A DNA stretch of 63,684 nt, counting the filler. It is 5 parts of 5 records of this genome, joined end to end, with 100 filler letters (N's around TTAATTAATTAA, not from the genome) between each part and the next. Parts side by side here need not be neighbours in the genome. Positions count along the whole stretch, not along the records: positions 1 to 26,236 come from SRR31156797_12921; positions 26,337 to 37,585 come from SRR31156797_12947; 3 more parts are not named here. One strand, given 5' to 3'. Positions 21,046 to 32,015 of the stretch are shown one piece after another; the stretch's first letter is position 1; every line of letters begins with the position of its first letter. The notes beneath the pieces are model-generated. The model was not told the origin of the DNA. It made no database searches and worked only from the letters and a program-made list of their open reading frames with translations. Both the position numbers and the translations under genes were made by a program.

Positions 21046-22073
21046 GGAATCGTTGCCGGCTGGCATTCGGGAACCTCCCTGCGTTCCTGCGGAACATGCT
21101 GATCAAACCAACTTTTAAGCGGCTCCAGAATCGGATTTTCGAGTTTTCGTTCGAGAAGCCGCCAAAGCCTGGGAATATGGATAAGATAATTAGGCTTGCC
21201 GTCGCGACGGCACAAGCGTGTGAAGATGCCGATGACCTTGGCGTGTCGCTGTGTGGCCAGGATATCGAAGGCGCGATTGAAGGCGTCCGCGTCCATCGCC
21301 GGAAATGCCGATTCGTAGCGCTGCCGCAGATGCTGCGCCAATCCGGGGTCGATGTCCCGCCTGGCATCCTCGATCAACGAGGCCAGGTCGTAGGCTCCCG
21401 GACCGGACAAGGCATCCTGGAAATCCAGGAGGCCGCAGGCGGCGATTCCATCACGGTTTTCAAGATCCATCAGGTTTTCGGCAAAAAAATCTCGCAACAC
21501 CAGGGTTTGCGGCTGGTCTTTCAGGTTAGAAAAAGCAAGCAGCCAGCCTTGCGCGAACTGTTCCCGTATGTCGGGTGGCGTCGGCCGGCCGAAGACGATG
21601 GGCATGTACCAATCGGTCAGCAGAAAAACTTCGGCCAACAGGGTTTCATCGTCGTAACAGGCCAGGCCGGGTGGAACCGCACGATGGGCCGGAAATTCAT
21701 GCAAACCGATCAAAACATCGACCGCGCGCTCGTACAGCGCTCGGGTATCGGCACCTTCGGCCAGCCGTTTGGCATAGGTGTCGTCGCCGAAATCCTCGAT
21801 CAGGAGAAGCCCGTTGTCGCGATCCTCGGCCAGGATGTCGGGGGCTGAGAAGCCGATTTCCGACAGATGGCGGGACATGGCGGCGAAGGGGCCGACATCC
21901 TCCTGTGGCGGTGGCGCATCCATCAGGATCGCCGTGCGGCCGAGCCTGGTCAATCGGTCGTAATGCCGGAACGAGGCATCGCCGGCGATTCGTACACGGC
22001 TGGCGCCGGCCCATCCCGATTTGTTCAGGAAGTCGGATATCGACCGAGCGCGGGTATCGTCGGTGTCAGGCAA
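21042..22073 (-). CDS. amgK: APH-family phosphotransferase, anomeric MurNAc/GlcNAc kinase-like
   Basis: IAGDASFRHY, LMDAPP, LRDFFAENL, LDFQDA, YDLASL; tsaE-amgK-murU order. Confidence 0.85.
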   Translation of the reverse strand: MPDTDDTRARSISDFLNKSGWAGASRVRIAGDASFRHYDRLTRLGRTAILMDAPPPQEDVGPFAAMSRHLSEIGFSAPDILAEDRDNGLLLIEDFGDDTYAKRLAEGADTRALYERAVDVLIGLHEFPAHRAVPPGLACYDDETLLAEVFLLTDWYMPIVFGRPTPPDIREQFAQGWLLAFSNLKDQPQTLVLRDFFAENLMDLENRDGIAACGLLDFQDALSGPGAYDLASLIEDARRDIDPGLAQHLRQRYESAFPAMDADAFNRAFDILATQRHAKVIGIFTRLCRRDGKPNYLIHIPRLWRLLERKLENPILEPLKSWFDQHVPQERREVPECQPATIP

Positions 22074-22554
22074 TCCCGGCCTCCTTCAAACGTGCATTCC
22101 ACGCCGGCGATCCTGCCAACCGGGCATGGCGCGTTCCTTCCGTTTCGCCGATGGCAAGCTCGACATCCAATCGTTCGGGCGGGAGCAGGCCGCCGAGCTT
22201 GTCGGGCCATTCGATCAGGGAGATCCCATCGGCGAAGGCCTCTTCGATGCCCAATTCATAAGCTTCGTCGGGCGACAATAGCCTGAACATGTCAAAGTGG
22301 TGGATGGTCGCGACGGGCGTCTCGTAAGCCTGGACAAGGGTGAAGGTCGGGCTTGGAACTTCTTCCTCGCCGTCGCCCAGTGCGCGGATGAAAGCACGGG
22401 CGAATACCGTTTTTCCGGCGCCCAGCGTCCCCCAAAGAGCGAAGAGATCACCCGGCCTGGCGATTGCCGTCAGGGTATCGGCGAGCGATGCCGTGGCGGT
22501 TTCATCGACCAACGGAATGAGAGCCGGTTCCGGATTTTCTTTGGCGTCGGCCAT
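22066..22554 (-). CDS. tsaE: tRNA threonylcarbamoyladenosine biosynthesis ATPase TsaE
   Basis: GTLGAGKT, VPSPTFTLVQ, HFDMFRL, LIEWP. Confidence 0.95.
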   Translation of the reverse strand: MADAKENPEPALIPLVDETATASLADTLTAIARPGDLFALWGTLGAGKTVFARAFIRALGDGEEEVPSPTFTLVQAYETPVATIHHFDMFRLLSPDEAYELGIEEAFADGISLIEWPDKLGGLLPPERLDVELAIGETEGTRHARLAGSPAWNARLKEAGIA

Positions 22555-22695
22555 GGATTGCCCTGTCCGGTGATCGTCGTTTCGCCTGTTGGGTCTGTGC
22601 GCCTGGTTTGCGGTCATCGCCGTAAATTCCAAATCACACGCCCGCAGGCTGTTTCATCGGCTTTTTTTACCCGTTCGCGCGCCGCCTTTCCATGT

Positions 22696-24963
22696 TCAAT
22701 CGGGCGCATCGGTGATCGCCAAAGATTCATTTTCGGGTTCGGTCGTGCCGGCTTCGCCGGTCGGTAGCCGGCAATCGACGGAAGTGCCGCGGCCGGGGGC
22801 GGTGCGAATATCGACGCGGCCGCCATGAAGTTCGACGAAACGCGTTACCAGCGAAAGACCCAAACCGGAACCTTGTGCCCTCGATTCCGGTGTTTCGCCG
22901 CGCCTGAACGGTTCGATCAGTCGTTCGATGGCATCGGGATCCATGCCCGGCCCGGCGTCGGATACCGATATGACGATATCGGATATCCCGCGAACGGCCG
23001 AAAGGCCGATTTTGCCGCTTCGGGGTGAGAACCGAATCGCGTTGCTCATCAAATTGAAAATCACCTGTTTCAAACGCTTCTCATCGGCGACGATCCAGCC
23101 GATGTCGGTAGCGCAATCGAAATCGATCGTCAGGTTTTTGTGGCGGGCCCGTTCCCGGACCAATTTGAGAACCGCCGCCAACAGGGTGTGGACGTCGACG
23201 GTGTCCAGTTCAAGCGCCATCATGCCGGCCTCGATGCCGGCGAGATCGAGAATATCGTTGACGACCGACATCAGGTTTCGCGAACTGTCCAGGATTCCCT
23301 GGCCATATTCCATCTGACGGCGATTGAGATCGCCGAAATACTGTTCGGTCAGGATCTCGGCAAATCCCATCAGGGTCGTCAACGGCGTGCGGATTTCATA
23401 CGAGACGTTGGCGATGAATTCGGATTTAAGCCGGTTTGCCGCGTCCAGTGCTTCGGCCCGCTGACGCAATGCCTGCTCGACGCGGGCACTGTCCGTGATG
23501 TCGAGAAAACTGATCAGGACGGCGCCGTCCGGCAACGGCACGGTGGCGAATTCGACGATTTTTCCGTCGTTCCGCTCAACATGCCCGGTGTGCGAAGTCC
23601 GGCTCATCAACCGCGCCGCCGTCATCAGACCTTCGGTGCCGCTGGTGCCGGCCTCGGTCAGGAAGGATTGAGCGGCATCGACGAAAGTGCCGACGTTCAT
23701 TGCGTGCACATTGTCTTTGCCTTCGAAGCCCCAGAGGTGTGCAAAGGCCGGATTGCTGAGACGCAGGGTGCCGTCGGCCGCGAAGACGGCGATGCCTTCG
23801 AAAAGGTTGTCGAGGGTCTCGCGCTGGACCGCGTTTAATTCGTTGAGCGATCTTTCGAGCGACAGGCGTTCCGATAGATCGTCGTAGGCGATGACGGCGC
23901 CGCCTCCCGGATTCGGCGCGATCGTCCGGCGAAGGGTTCTGCCGTCCGGCAGGTGCATCAAGGATTCCGACGGCGATCCCGGATTTTTCACCTCGGCAAC
24001 CTGTTCTGCGCGGAAGGCGGCATAGTCGGGCACTTCCGGAAGGCGGCGGTTTTCGCGCAAACCGTCCAGAATGTCGCCCAGGCGTGGGCCGGTCGCCAGC
24101 CAAGCGGTATCGAGATGCCACAGTCCGGCAAAGGCCGAGTTCGAAAATAGGAGGCGGGCCTGCGCATCAAAAACGGAAATTGCCGTCGGAACGGATTCGA
24201 GAATTCGGAACCAGACCACCGCAGATTGGCCCGGTCCAGCCGGTTCGGACGGCATCGCTTCGGGAACGACGAGACGGACGAGCGAACCGTCGGGCAGGGA
24301 GATTTCGGCGTTGCCGTCAAAACCAACAGTTGCACCCGTGGTTTCGGTTCGTTTCGAAGCGTCATTGACAAAGGCCGTTTCACCGTCGGGGCCGAGAATG
24401 CCGGCCGGAAACGGCAGCGCCTGAAGCAGGTCATGAAGAGCGCCGCTATCCATTGTTTGAGGGGATACCGGTGCTTTGTTCGGTGTGTCGGTTCCGGCAC
24501 TCAGATCCCTGAACCACAGAATATCGGCCGCTGCTTCACCGCCTTGACGGACGGCGCGAATTCCGATGATTTGCAAGGTGCGGCCGTTTCCGGCGACCGG
24601 AAGGATAAGGCTGAATCCCTGCCCGTCACGTGCCAGTTGATCCGTTTGGTCGAGCAGGCATTCCGCCGAAGGCCCGTCGAACCGCATCAACAATTCCTCG
24701 AAACGGCTTTCGATTCCGTTCGGAAGGCCGAGCAGGATGGCAAGGCGGCGCGAGCAGATGGTGTTTCCGGATTTGGCGTTGCGCAGCAAAAAACCGTCCG
24801 GAACCGTTTCCAGGATACCGTGGGCGATTTCGGCCTCGGCGCGCAATCCGGCGCATTCCCTGCCGGCCAACAGGTTGCGTCGCCACAGCCAAATCAGCAA
24901 GGGTGCCGAGACCGCCGTGATAAGGGCGGCTCCCGCAAAGAAGGCCAAACCGGGGCCCATCAA
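22696..24963 (-). CDS. divL: PAS-domain histidine-kinase-like protein, DivL-type (Tyr at the phospho-His position)
   Basis: N-terminal TM, several PAS-like segments, H-box ANVSYEIRTPL, HATPase boxes NLMSNAIRF, DAGPG, GSGLGL; lies upstream of tsaE. Confidence 0.78.
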   Translation of the reverse strand: MMGPGLAFFAGAALITAVSAPLLIWLWRRNLLAGRECAGLRAEAEIAHGILETVPDGFLLRNAKSGNTICSRRLAILLGLPNGIESRFEELLMRFDGPSAECLLDQTDQLARDGQGFSLILPVAGNGRTLQIIGIRAVRQGGEAAADILWFRDLSAGTDTPNKAPVSPQTMDSGALHDLLQALPFPAGILGPDGETAFVNDASKRTETTGATVGFDGNAEISLPDGSLVRLVVPEAMPSEPAGPGQSAVVWFRILESVPTAISVFDAQARLLFSNSAFAGLWHLDTAWLATGPRLGDILDGLRENRRLPEVPDYAAFRAEQVAEVKNPGSPSESLMHLPDGRTLRRTIAPNPGGGAVIAYDDLSERLSLERSLNELNAVQRETLDNLFEGIAVFAADGTLRLSNPAFAHLWGFEGKDNVHAMNVGTFVDAAQSFLTEAGTSGTEGLMTAARLMSRTSHTGHVERNDGKIVEFATVPLPDGAVLISFLDITDSARVEQALRQRAEALDAANRLKSEFIANVSYEIRTPLTTLMGFAEILTEQYFGDLNRRQMEYGQGILDSSRNLMSVVNDILDLAGIEAGMMALELDTVDVHTLLAAVLKLVRERARHKNLTIDFDCATDIGWIVADEKRLKQVIFNLMSNAIRFSPRSGKIGLSAVRGISDIVISVSDAGPGMDPDAIERLIEPFRRGETPESRAQGSGLGLSLVTRFVELHGGRVDIRTAPGRGTSVDCRLPTGEAGTTEPENESLAITDAPD

Positions 24964-25076
24964 AACACCGGGCCCACGGTATCAGCGTGGGATATGGATC
25001 GGTTCATCGACACGGCCGGAATCCTATCCCCACTGGGGACGCCCGGCAAGGGCGCCCCGGCGAAGTCTGGAAACCG

Positions 25077-26236
<1,160 letters not shown>

Positions 26237-26336
26237 NNNNNNNNNNNNNNNNNNNNNNNNNNNNNNNNNNNNNNNNNNNNTTAATTAATTAANNNNNNNN
26301 NNNNNNNNNNNNNNNNNNNNNNNNNNNNNNNNNNNN
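26237..26336. other. Artificial contig linker (N runs around TTAATTAATTAA)
   Basis: All-frame-stop spacer padded by N; base composition switches abruptly across it. Confidence 0.98.
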
Positions 26337-27011
26337 TATATTATATCTGTTTGACATCATTGTTTTAACTCTTCCATCGAAAATATCATCGATATATCTC
26401 ATTTGTGCAGCATCCAGATCAAGAATAGTTACATCAGCACCAAATCCAACAGCTATTTTGGCAGCATTCATACCAACGATTCCTCCACCTATAATTACTA
26501 CCTTTGCAGGAGATACACCTGGAACTCCACCTAACAGGATTCCGCTTCCACCCTCATGTTTTTTTAGATAAATAGCTCCCTCTTGTGTTGCAAGTCTACC
26601 TGCAACTTCACTCATAGGTACTAATAACGGTAATGATTTATCTTCCTTTTCAACAGTTTCATATGCAATAGAAACAATATTTTTTCTCATTAATTCCAGA
26701 GTAAGATCTTTAGCAGCAGCTAAGTGCAGATATGTGAATAGAATTTGATTTTCTTTGAATAAGCCAAACTCTTGTGCTAAAGGTTCTTTTACTTTTACGA
26801 TCATTTCAGAAATATCAAATATTTCCTTAGGAGTGTTTAGTAATTTAGCACCTGTTGTAATATACTCCTCATTTGAAATTCCACTGCCGATCCCGGCATC
26901 TTTTTCAATATAAACATCATGTCCTGCTGATACCAAAGCTTCAACACCTTGCGGAGTAATAGCTACTCTGTTTTCATTGTTTTTAATTTCCTTAGGAATA
27001 CCAATAATCAT
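26337..27011 (-). CDS. ald: Alanine dehydrogenase (3' part truncated)
   Basis: [56 protein letters not shown]. Confidence 0.96.
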
Positions 27012-27136
27012 TAATAATACCTCCTGAGTTATTTTTAAAATTTTTATCAACTAATTCAACAAAATGTTGAACAAGAAATTAAAAAAATATAACACTGTAT
27101 GTGTTAATTGATTTATTTGCTTTTATTTCCAATTTG

Positions 27137-27165
27137 AGTATACCTCATGGGAGTAAACATGTCAA
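27137..27165 (-). promoter_or_regulatory. Sigma70-type promoter of ald
   Basis: Minus strand TTGACA-17 nt-TATACT. Confidence 0.75.
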
Positions 27166-27207
27166 ATAAGTTTAATATATAATAAGTATTAATTTAAAAT
27201 TAGAAGA

Positions 27208-27238
27208 ATAAAAAATGAGCCTTAAAAATAAGGCTCAA
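27208..27238 (-). terminator. Intrinsic terminator of the beta-barrel gene
   Basis: TGAGCCTTA-aaaa-TAAGGCTCA with an A run on the left (T run on the minus strand). Confidence 0.7.
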
Positions 27239-27262
27239 CTCTATTAATCAGCATATTAAATA

Positions 27263-27835
27263 TTAAAATAATTGGTATCCAAATTTAAAGGTTAAATATG
27301 GAATAAAAGTTGATTCAGTTCCTTCAAGTGTAGTTACTCCATCTTGTTGTAGAATATCAGCAGTAACGTCAGCGTAATTAAAAGTATAATTAACTTCAAA
27401 CATAAATAAACCGGAAGTGACAGATGATCCAAAACCAAAATAAGGACCTGTAGTAACCTCTTTAACTGTTTGAGTCACGTATGTTGTTTTTATAAATGGA
27501 ATATTGTATCCTCCTGTAACAAAGAAAGCTACATCCATTTCACTTTGAGGAACGATAAATTTTGCGCTTCCTCCTATAGGAATCATATCAACATATTCAT
27601 TTTCATTAATCATTAAATAACTAATACCTGATTCAACACTTAAATGGAATGTGTCAGATAGGTCAAATACCATTTCAACTGAAGCATTTGGCTGAGGATC
27701 AGTTTCAAATTCAGAAGAAGTTAATGTAAAATTTCCTTTAGTTGAAGTTCCTGCTTTTGCCCAAAGTTCAAATGCGTAGGAGTTTATTCCATATATAAGC
27801 ATCAAAAGTAGTAAAATCTTTTTCAAGTTCGTCAC
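27263..27835 (-). CDS. Outer-membrane beta-barrel protein (about 8 strands)
   Basis: Signal peptide (…INSYA), alternating amphipathic strands, C-terminal BAM-type signature FKFGYQLF. Confidence 0.7.
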   Translation of the reverse strand: MTNLKKILLLLMLIYGINSYAFELWAKAGTSTKGNFTLTSSEFETDPQPNASVEMVFDLSDTFHLSVESGISYLMINENEYVDMIPIGGSAKFIVPQSEMDVAFFVTGGYNIPFIKTTYVTQTVKEVTTGPYFGFGSSVTSGLFMFEVNYTFNYADVTADILQQDGVTTLEGTESTFIPYLTFKFGYQLF

Positions 27836-28020
27836 CTTACCTTATAATTATTAATATATTTGTTATTATCATACTATAAATACATAAAAATTACTAATAA
27901 TATTTAAAATTTTAGCAATAATTTAAATTAAAAAAATTCATTATATATTTATAATATCGAACATATTAGAACTTTTTTTAACATCTTTTCTAAAAAAACA
28001 AAATAAATTCAAAAAAAGAT

Positions 28021-28049
28021 TTGACAGACTAAATGTTTTTGACTATAAC
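28021..28049 (+). promoter_or_regulatory. Probable sigma70 promoter of the desaturase-like gene
   Basis: TTGACA-17 nt-TATAAC, then AAGGAGG RBS before ATG 28086. Confidence 0.6.
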
Positions 28050-28085
28050 AATATATAAGTTAAATTACTAAGGAGGTCAAGAATT

Positions 28086-28970
28086 ATGATTAAAGCAGAT
28101 ATAGACCCAAGAATAGAGTCAAGATTAATAGAGTTATATAAAAGGCATGAAGAGAGAGCGGGAAAAATTGATTGGAATTATGCTAAATATATGCCATGGG
28201 ACAAAGGTAGAAGTTTTATAAGCGATCCCTGGAAAGAAGAACAGGTAACGCTGCCTAAAGCGATAACAACAGCAGTTGAAACATCAATGTTAACAGAATT
28301 AAATTTACCATGGTATACCGCTCACTTAAAAGGAACTTTTACTGGTTCAATGGCAGTGTTACAAGATTTTATTCATACCTGGGCAGCTGAAGAGGATCAA
28401 CATGCGAGTGCGCTTGAGACATATTTGTTATTAACAAGAAATACTAACCCGGATAAACTTCATCTTATAAAAAAACAAGTAATGACAGATGGATGGGAAG
28501 CTAGCTTTACTACACCACTTGCGACTATGGCATACACTTCTATTCAGGAACTAGGAACATTGGTATTTTATCAAAATGTTGCTAAAGAAGCATATAAGCA
28601 TGATAAGGACCTAGGAAATCTATTATTAAGATTGTCAAAAGATGAATCACTACACTATGCATTTTACAGTGAAGTAATAAGAATTCATTTGGAAGTAGAA
28701 CCAAATTATGTATTGCATTTATATGAAGTGATTAGACAGTTTCAAATGCCTGGTTCAGTAATAAATGACTTTAAATCTCGTATGAAAATAATTGAAAAAG
28801 GTGCAAATTATGGTCCAAGCGATTATTTTGACAGAGTTTTGCAAGTATTGATAAAAAAATGGGGAATAGATACATTAAGACCAACTTCACCTGAAGCTGA
28901 AGAAGCTAGAAGAGCAATACTGACTTACAGGGATAAGCTTAAAAAAATAATTTTAAGAAGAGCAAACTAA
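28086..28970 (+). CDS. Acyl-ACP desaturase-like diiron (ferritin-like) protein
   Basis: LTELNLPWY, WAAEEDQH, QELGT, DESLH and FQMPG match soluble acyl-ACP desaturase (FA_desaturase_2) motifs. Confidence 0.85.
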   Translation: MIKADIDPRIESRLIELYKRHEERAGKIDWNYAKYMPWDKGRSFISDPWKEEQVTLPKAITTAVETSMLTELNLPWYTAHLKGTFTGSMAVLQDFIHTWAAEEDQHASALETYLLLTRNTNPDKLHLIKKQVMTDGWEASFTTPLATMAYTSIQELGTLVFYQNVAKEAYKHDKDLGNLLLRLSKDESLHYAFYSEVIRIHLEVEPNYVLHLYEVIRQFQMPGSVINDFKSRMKIIEKGANYGPSDYFDRVLQVLIKKWGIDTLRPTSPEAEEARRAILTYRDKLKKIILRRAN

Positions 28971-29067
28971 AAATAAGTGTTTTTCATTAAATAGTTTTAT
29001 GATATAATTTAGATGTATATACAAGTTCGAGTTTGAATTTTATCAATAAAACTATTGAGGTGATAAG

Positions 29068-29289
29068 ATGTTTGATTTTTCAGTTTTTATTCCACAACTG
29101 ATAGTAGGAATATTTTTAATATGTGGTGCGATATTCGATTTTAATTTTTTGTTTGATCATCCACATATTGAGTCGTTGATTAAAAAAATGGGAAGAAGAA
29201 ATTGTAGAATTTTATTCTTTTTAGCAGGAGTATTTGTTATATTTGTAGGAGCAAGATATACATATTGGATAATGCAAATGAAAAAGTAA
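29068..29289 (+). CDS. Imm17-family small membrane protein
   Basis: Two TM helices with GAIFDFNFLF...KKMGRRNCRILFFLAG, resembling the Imm17 pattern GAxxxWxWF...GRxxARIxY; GAGGTG RBS. Confidence 0.65.
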   Translation: MFDFSVFIPQLIVGIFLICGAIFDFNFLFDHPHIESLIKKMGRRNCRILFFLAGVFVIFVGARYTYWIMQMKK

Positions 29290-29326
29290 AACTCACGCTT
29301 TCAATACTTTAGGAAGCGTGAGTTTT
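29288..29326. terminator. Bidirectional intrinsic terminator
   Basis: AAAACTCACGCTT...AAGCGTGAGTTTT between convergent genes. Confidence 0.8.
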
Positions 29327-29347
29327 AAGTTATTCTTTATGTTTTCC

Positions 29348-29929
29348 TCAACCAATTGTTTCTCGAACTTCTTTAACAAACTCTTTATACTGTTTTTTTT
29401 GTTTTGAACTAAGAGTTCTCATAATTCGTTTATCTTTTGATTTCATTGTAACCCGGATTTTATTTAAATATGCTAATTTCTCAATAATAGTATCTACTCC
29501 TTCTTCACCTTTATATTCTTCGTAAATTAGGTTTATCTCATTAACAATTTGAGAAACTTCATCAAATTGATTAGCTTCAAAAGATATCTCGCTCTTCATA
29601 CGCTTAAGCTCTCTTTCAGCTAGTAATTCAGCTTTTTTATATTGATATAATCTATATTGGTTCCGGCTAAGAATCGATTTAATCTCCTTTTGAAACTCAG
29701 TATTCATTTTAAAAGCTTCCTTTAGTTTTTTAATTCGCCCTTTATGTTTTAAAACGTCTCTTTTTTGCATATTAGCATTAAAAAAAAGTGCTTCTAAATC
29801 GAATCTTTGCTCCTCGCTCAAGCTAAGGATATCTTCAAAATATTCAACCTTATCATCAAATATATCAATAGACCATGATGTAGAAAATAGCAATAAAAAA
29901 ATTAAAATAGTAAAGATAGTTTTTTTCAT
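29348..29929 (-). CDS. Exported helical protein with two LSxxQ-type repeats (Spy/CpxP-like, tentative)
   Basis: Signal peptide; LSLSEEQ...ILSRNQYRLY and ...TLSSKQKKQY repeats; GGAGG RBS. Confidence 0.55.
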   Translation of the reverse strand: MKKTIFTILIFLLLFSTSWSIDIFDDKVEYFEDILSLSEEQRFDLEALFFNANMQKRDVLKHKGRIKKLKEAFKMNTEFQKEIKSILSRNQYRLYQYKKAELLAERELKRMKSEISFEANQFDEVSQIVNEINLIYEEYKGEEGVDTIIEKLAYLNKIRVTMKSKDKRIMRTLSSKQKKQYKEFVKEVRETIG

Positions 29930-30035
29930 TTCAGCCTCCTAAATCAATATAAAATATTATATTTTTAGTGTATAGTGCTATGGTTAATATATTATCAAAA
30001 AAGAGTAAAAACATTGTAAACGATTATATTAATTC

Positions 30036-30076
30036 AAAAATAAACAGCTGAGCCTCTATAAGCACTCAGCTGTTTT
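30036..30076 (-). terminator. Intrinsic terminator of aspA
   Basis: AAACAGCTGAG...CTCAGCTGTTT stem just past the aspA stop. Confidence 0.75.
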
Positions 30077-30081
30077 ATCTA

Positions 30082-31596
30082 TTATTTCTTTTTAGTTTTA
30101 TTAGTCTCATTCTGCTTTTCTTTTTCCATAATATTCTCACACTGATTTTTCTTTAGTTCAGCTATCATTCTTTCTTCTTCTTTAAATCTCTCAAGCATAG
30201 CTTTACCTGATATTCCAGGTTCAGTCATATTAATAGGATTTAATATGATGCTTAATTCTTGTGGACTTAGAATTTTTTCTTCTAAAATTAGATCTCTGAT
30301 TTTTTTACCTGTTTTAAGAGATTTTTTAGCAATCTCAGATGCTTTTCTATATCCTATATGTGGTACTAAAGCTGTAACTATACCAATTGAATTTTCAACC
30401 TCCTCATAACAATACTCTTTATTCGCAGTAATTCCTTTGATACAGTTTTCTCTAAAAGTATTAACTGCATTTGTCATTAATTCAATTGATTGGAATAGCA
30501 TATTAAACAATACAGGTTCAAAGGCGTTTAGTTCCAATTGACCTGACTCAGCAGCCATTGTGATAGTTTGGTCATTACCAATTACTAAGAATGAAACCTG
30601 ATTAACTACTTCAGGGATAACCGGATTAACTTTTCCCGGCATAATCGATGATCCGGGTTGTACTTGAGGTAAATTGATTTCACCAAAACCATTTCTAGGC
30701 CCGCTTGACATTAATCTTAGATCATTTGCAATTTTAGATAGATTAATTGCACAAGTTTTGATAGCAGCGGAAACCCACACAAATGAATCAAGATTTTGAG
30801 TTGCATCTATTAGATTATCTGATTGATATACATCAATACCAGTAACTCTTGTAATATTAAGTGCAATTTTATTTACATAGTAGATATCAGCATTCAGTCC
30901 TGTACCAACTGCTGTTCCTCCCATATTCATAAATCTAAGATCATCAATTGTTTGTCTAACTCTTTTAATATCTCTAGCTATAACGGCGGCATAAGCTTCG
31001 AATTCCTGACCTAATCTAATAGGAACAGCGTCCTGAAGTTGAGTTCTTCCAACTTTAATGACATTATTAAACTCTCTTCCTTTTTGTTTGAAAGCTCTTT
31101 GGAGTTCAATCAATTCATTAATTAATGGTTTAATTAGTGTAAGTGTAGCTAATTTTCCACTACTGGGAATAACATCATTAGTTGATTGCCCCATGTTAAC
31201 ATGATCATTTGGATGAATATGTTTATACTCACCTTTGATTCCGCCAAGGATTTCATCTGCCCTATTTGCAATAACTTCATTAGCATTCATATTCATTGAT
31301 GTACCTGCTCCTCCTTGGATAGCGTCAGTAATGAAATGGTCATGGAATTGTTCCTCTATAATCTCTCTACATGCTTGCATAATGGCGTCAGCTTTATTCT
31401 CTTCAAGAACTCCAGCCTCCATATTGGTTAATGCAGAAGCTTTCTTTAACATTGCCATTGCATTAATAAAAGCAGGGTGCAACATTTGTCTGGTAATTCT
31501 AAAATTTTCAGCAGCTCTTAATGATTGTATTCCGTAGTAAGCATCTACCTTTACATCTTTTGATCCAATTGAATCAGCTTCTTTTCTTGTAGTCAT
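30082..31596 (-). CDS. aspA: Aspartate ammonia-lyase
   Basis: YYGIQSLRA, QGGAGTSMNMNANEVIAN, GRTQLQDAVP, GSSIMPGKVNPV. Confidence 0.95.
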   Translation of the reverse strand: MTTRKEADSIGSKDVKVDAYYGIQSLRAAENFRITRQMLHPAFINAMAMLKKASALTNMEAGVLEENKADAIMQACREIIEEQFHDHFITDAIQGGAGTSMNMNANEVIANRADEILGGIKGEYKHIHPNDHVNMGQSTNDVIPSSGKLATLTLIKPLINELIELQRAFKQKGREFNNVIKVGRTQLQDAVPIRLGQEFEAYAAVIARDIKRVRQTIDDLRFMNMGGTAVGTGLNADIYYVNKIALNITRVTGIDVYQSDNLIDATQNLDSFVWVSAAIKTCAINLSKIANDLRLMSSGPRNGFGEINLPQVQPGSSIMPGKVNPVIPEVVNQVSFLVIGNDQTITMAAESGQLELNAFEPVLFNMLFQSIELMTNAVNTFRENCIKGITANKEYCYEEVENSIGIVTALVPHIGYRKASEIAKKSLKTGKKIRDLILEEKILSPQELSIILNPINMTEPGISGKAMLERFKEEERMIAELKKNQCENIMEKEKQNETNKTKKK

Positions 31597-31888
31597 TGAC
31601 TAGCCTCCTATTAATAATGGTTTACTGTAGAGATTTTAACACATACATAATATATTTCAGTTGTCTGAATAACATTTGCAATGTTTTTATTTTTTAAATT
31701 ATCATATATTATATTAATTTTTAAAATATACAAAATAAATAGGTTTTCTCTTCATTCAATTAATATACTACATAATCATAGAAAAAGAAAGAGTAAAACA
31801 TAGTTTTTTTATTATTATTTATTTCACTTTTTGTCAGAATAAAAAGATGTGAATAAATAATTGATTTTGCAAGTATAAAAAAGTAAAT

Positions 31889-31917
31889 AAAAAAAGACGG
31901 AATGTTTAACATTCCGC
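31889..31917 (-). terminator. Intrinsic terminator downstream of the lipoprotein gene
   Basis: CGGAATGTT-t-AACATTCCG with an A run on the left. Confidence 0.65.
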
Positions 31918-32015
31918 CAATACTATTTATTGTACATTAGTTCATATTGAGTATTTGGTTCAGCGTTAAAGTAGAATAAACCTGTTTTTCTTGTAGAAAG
32001 ATGTTAGTAACAGTA

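Noticed and set aside
17259-22554. tsaE-amgK-murU-addB-addA clustering as a new system
   Set aside because: This is a well-known conserved alphaproteobacterial gene order.
26281-26292. TTAATTAATTAA repeated four times in the window as a possible biological repeat or att site
   Set aside because: It is always embedded in N runs, so it is an assembly spacer.
30082-30200. Charged C-terminal extension of AspA
   Set aside because: Short low-complexity tail in AT-rich DNA with no motif; likely stop-codon drift.
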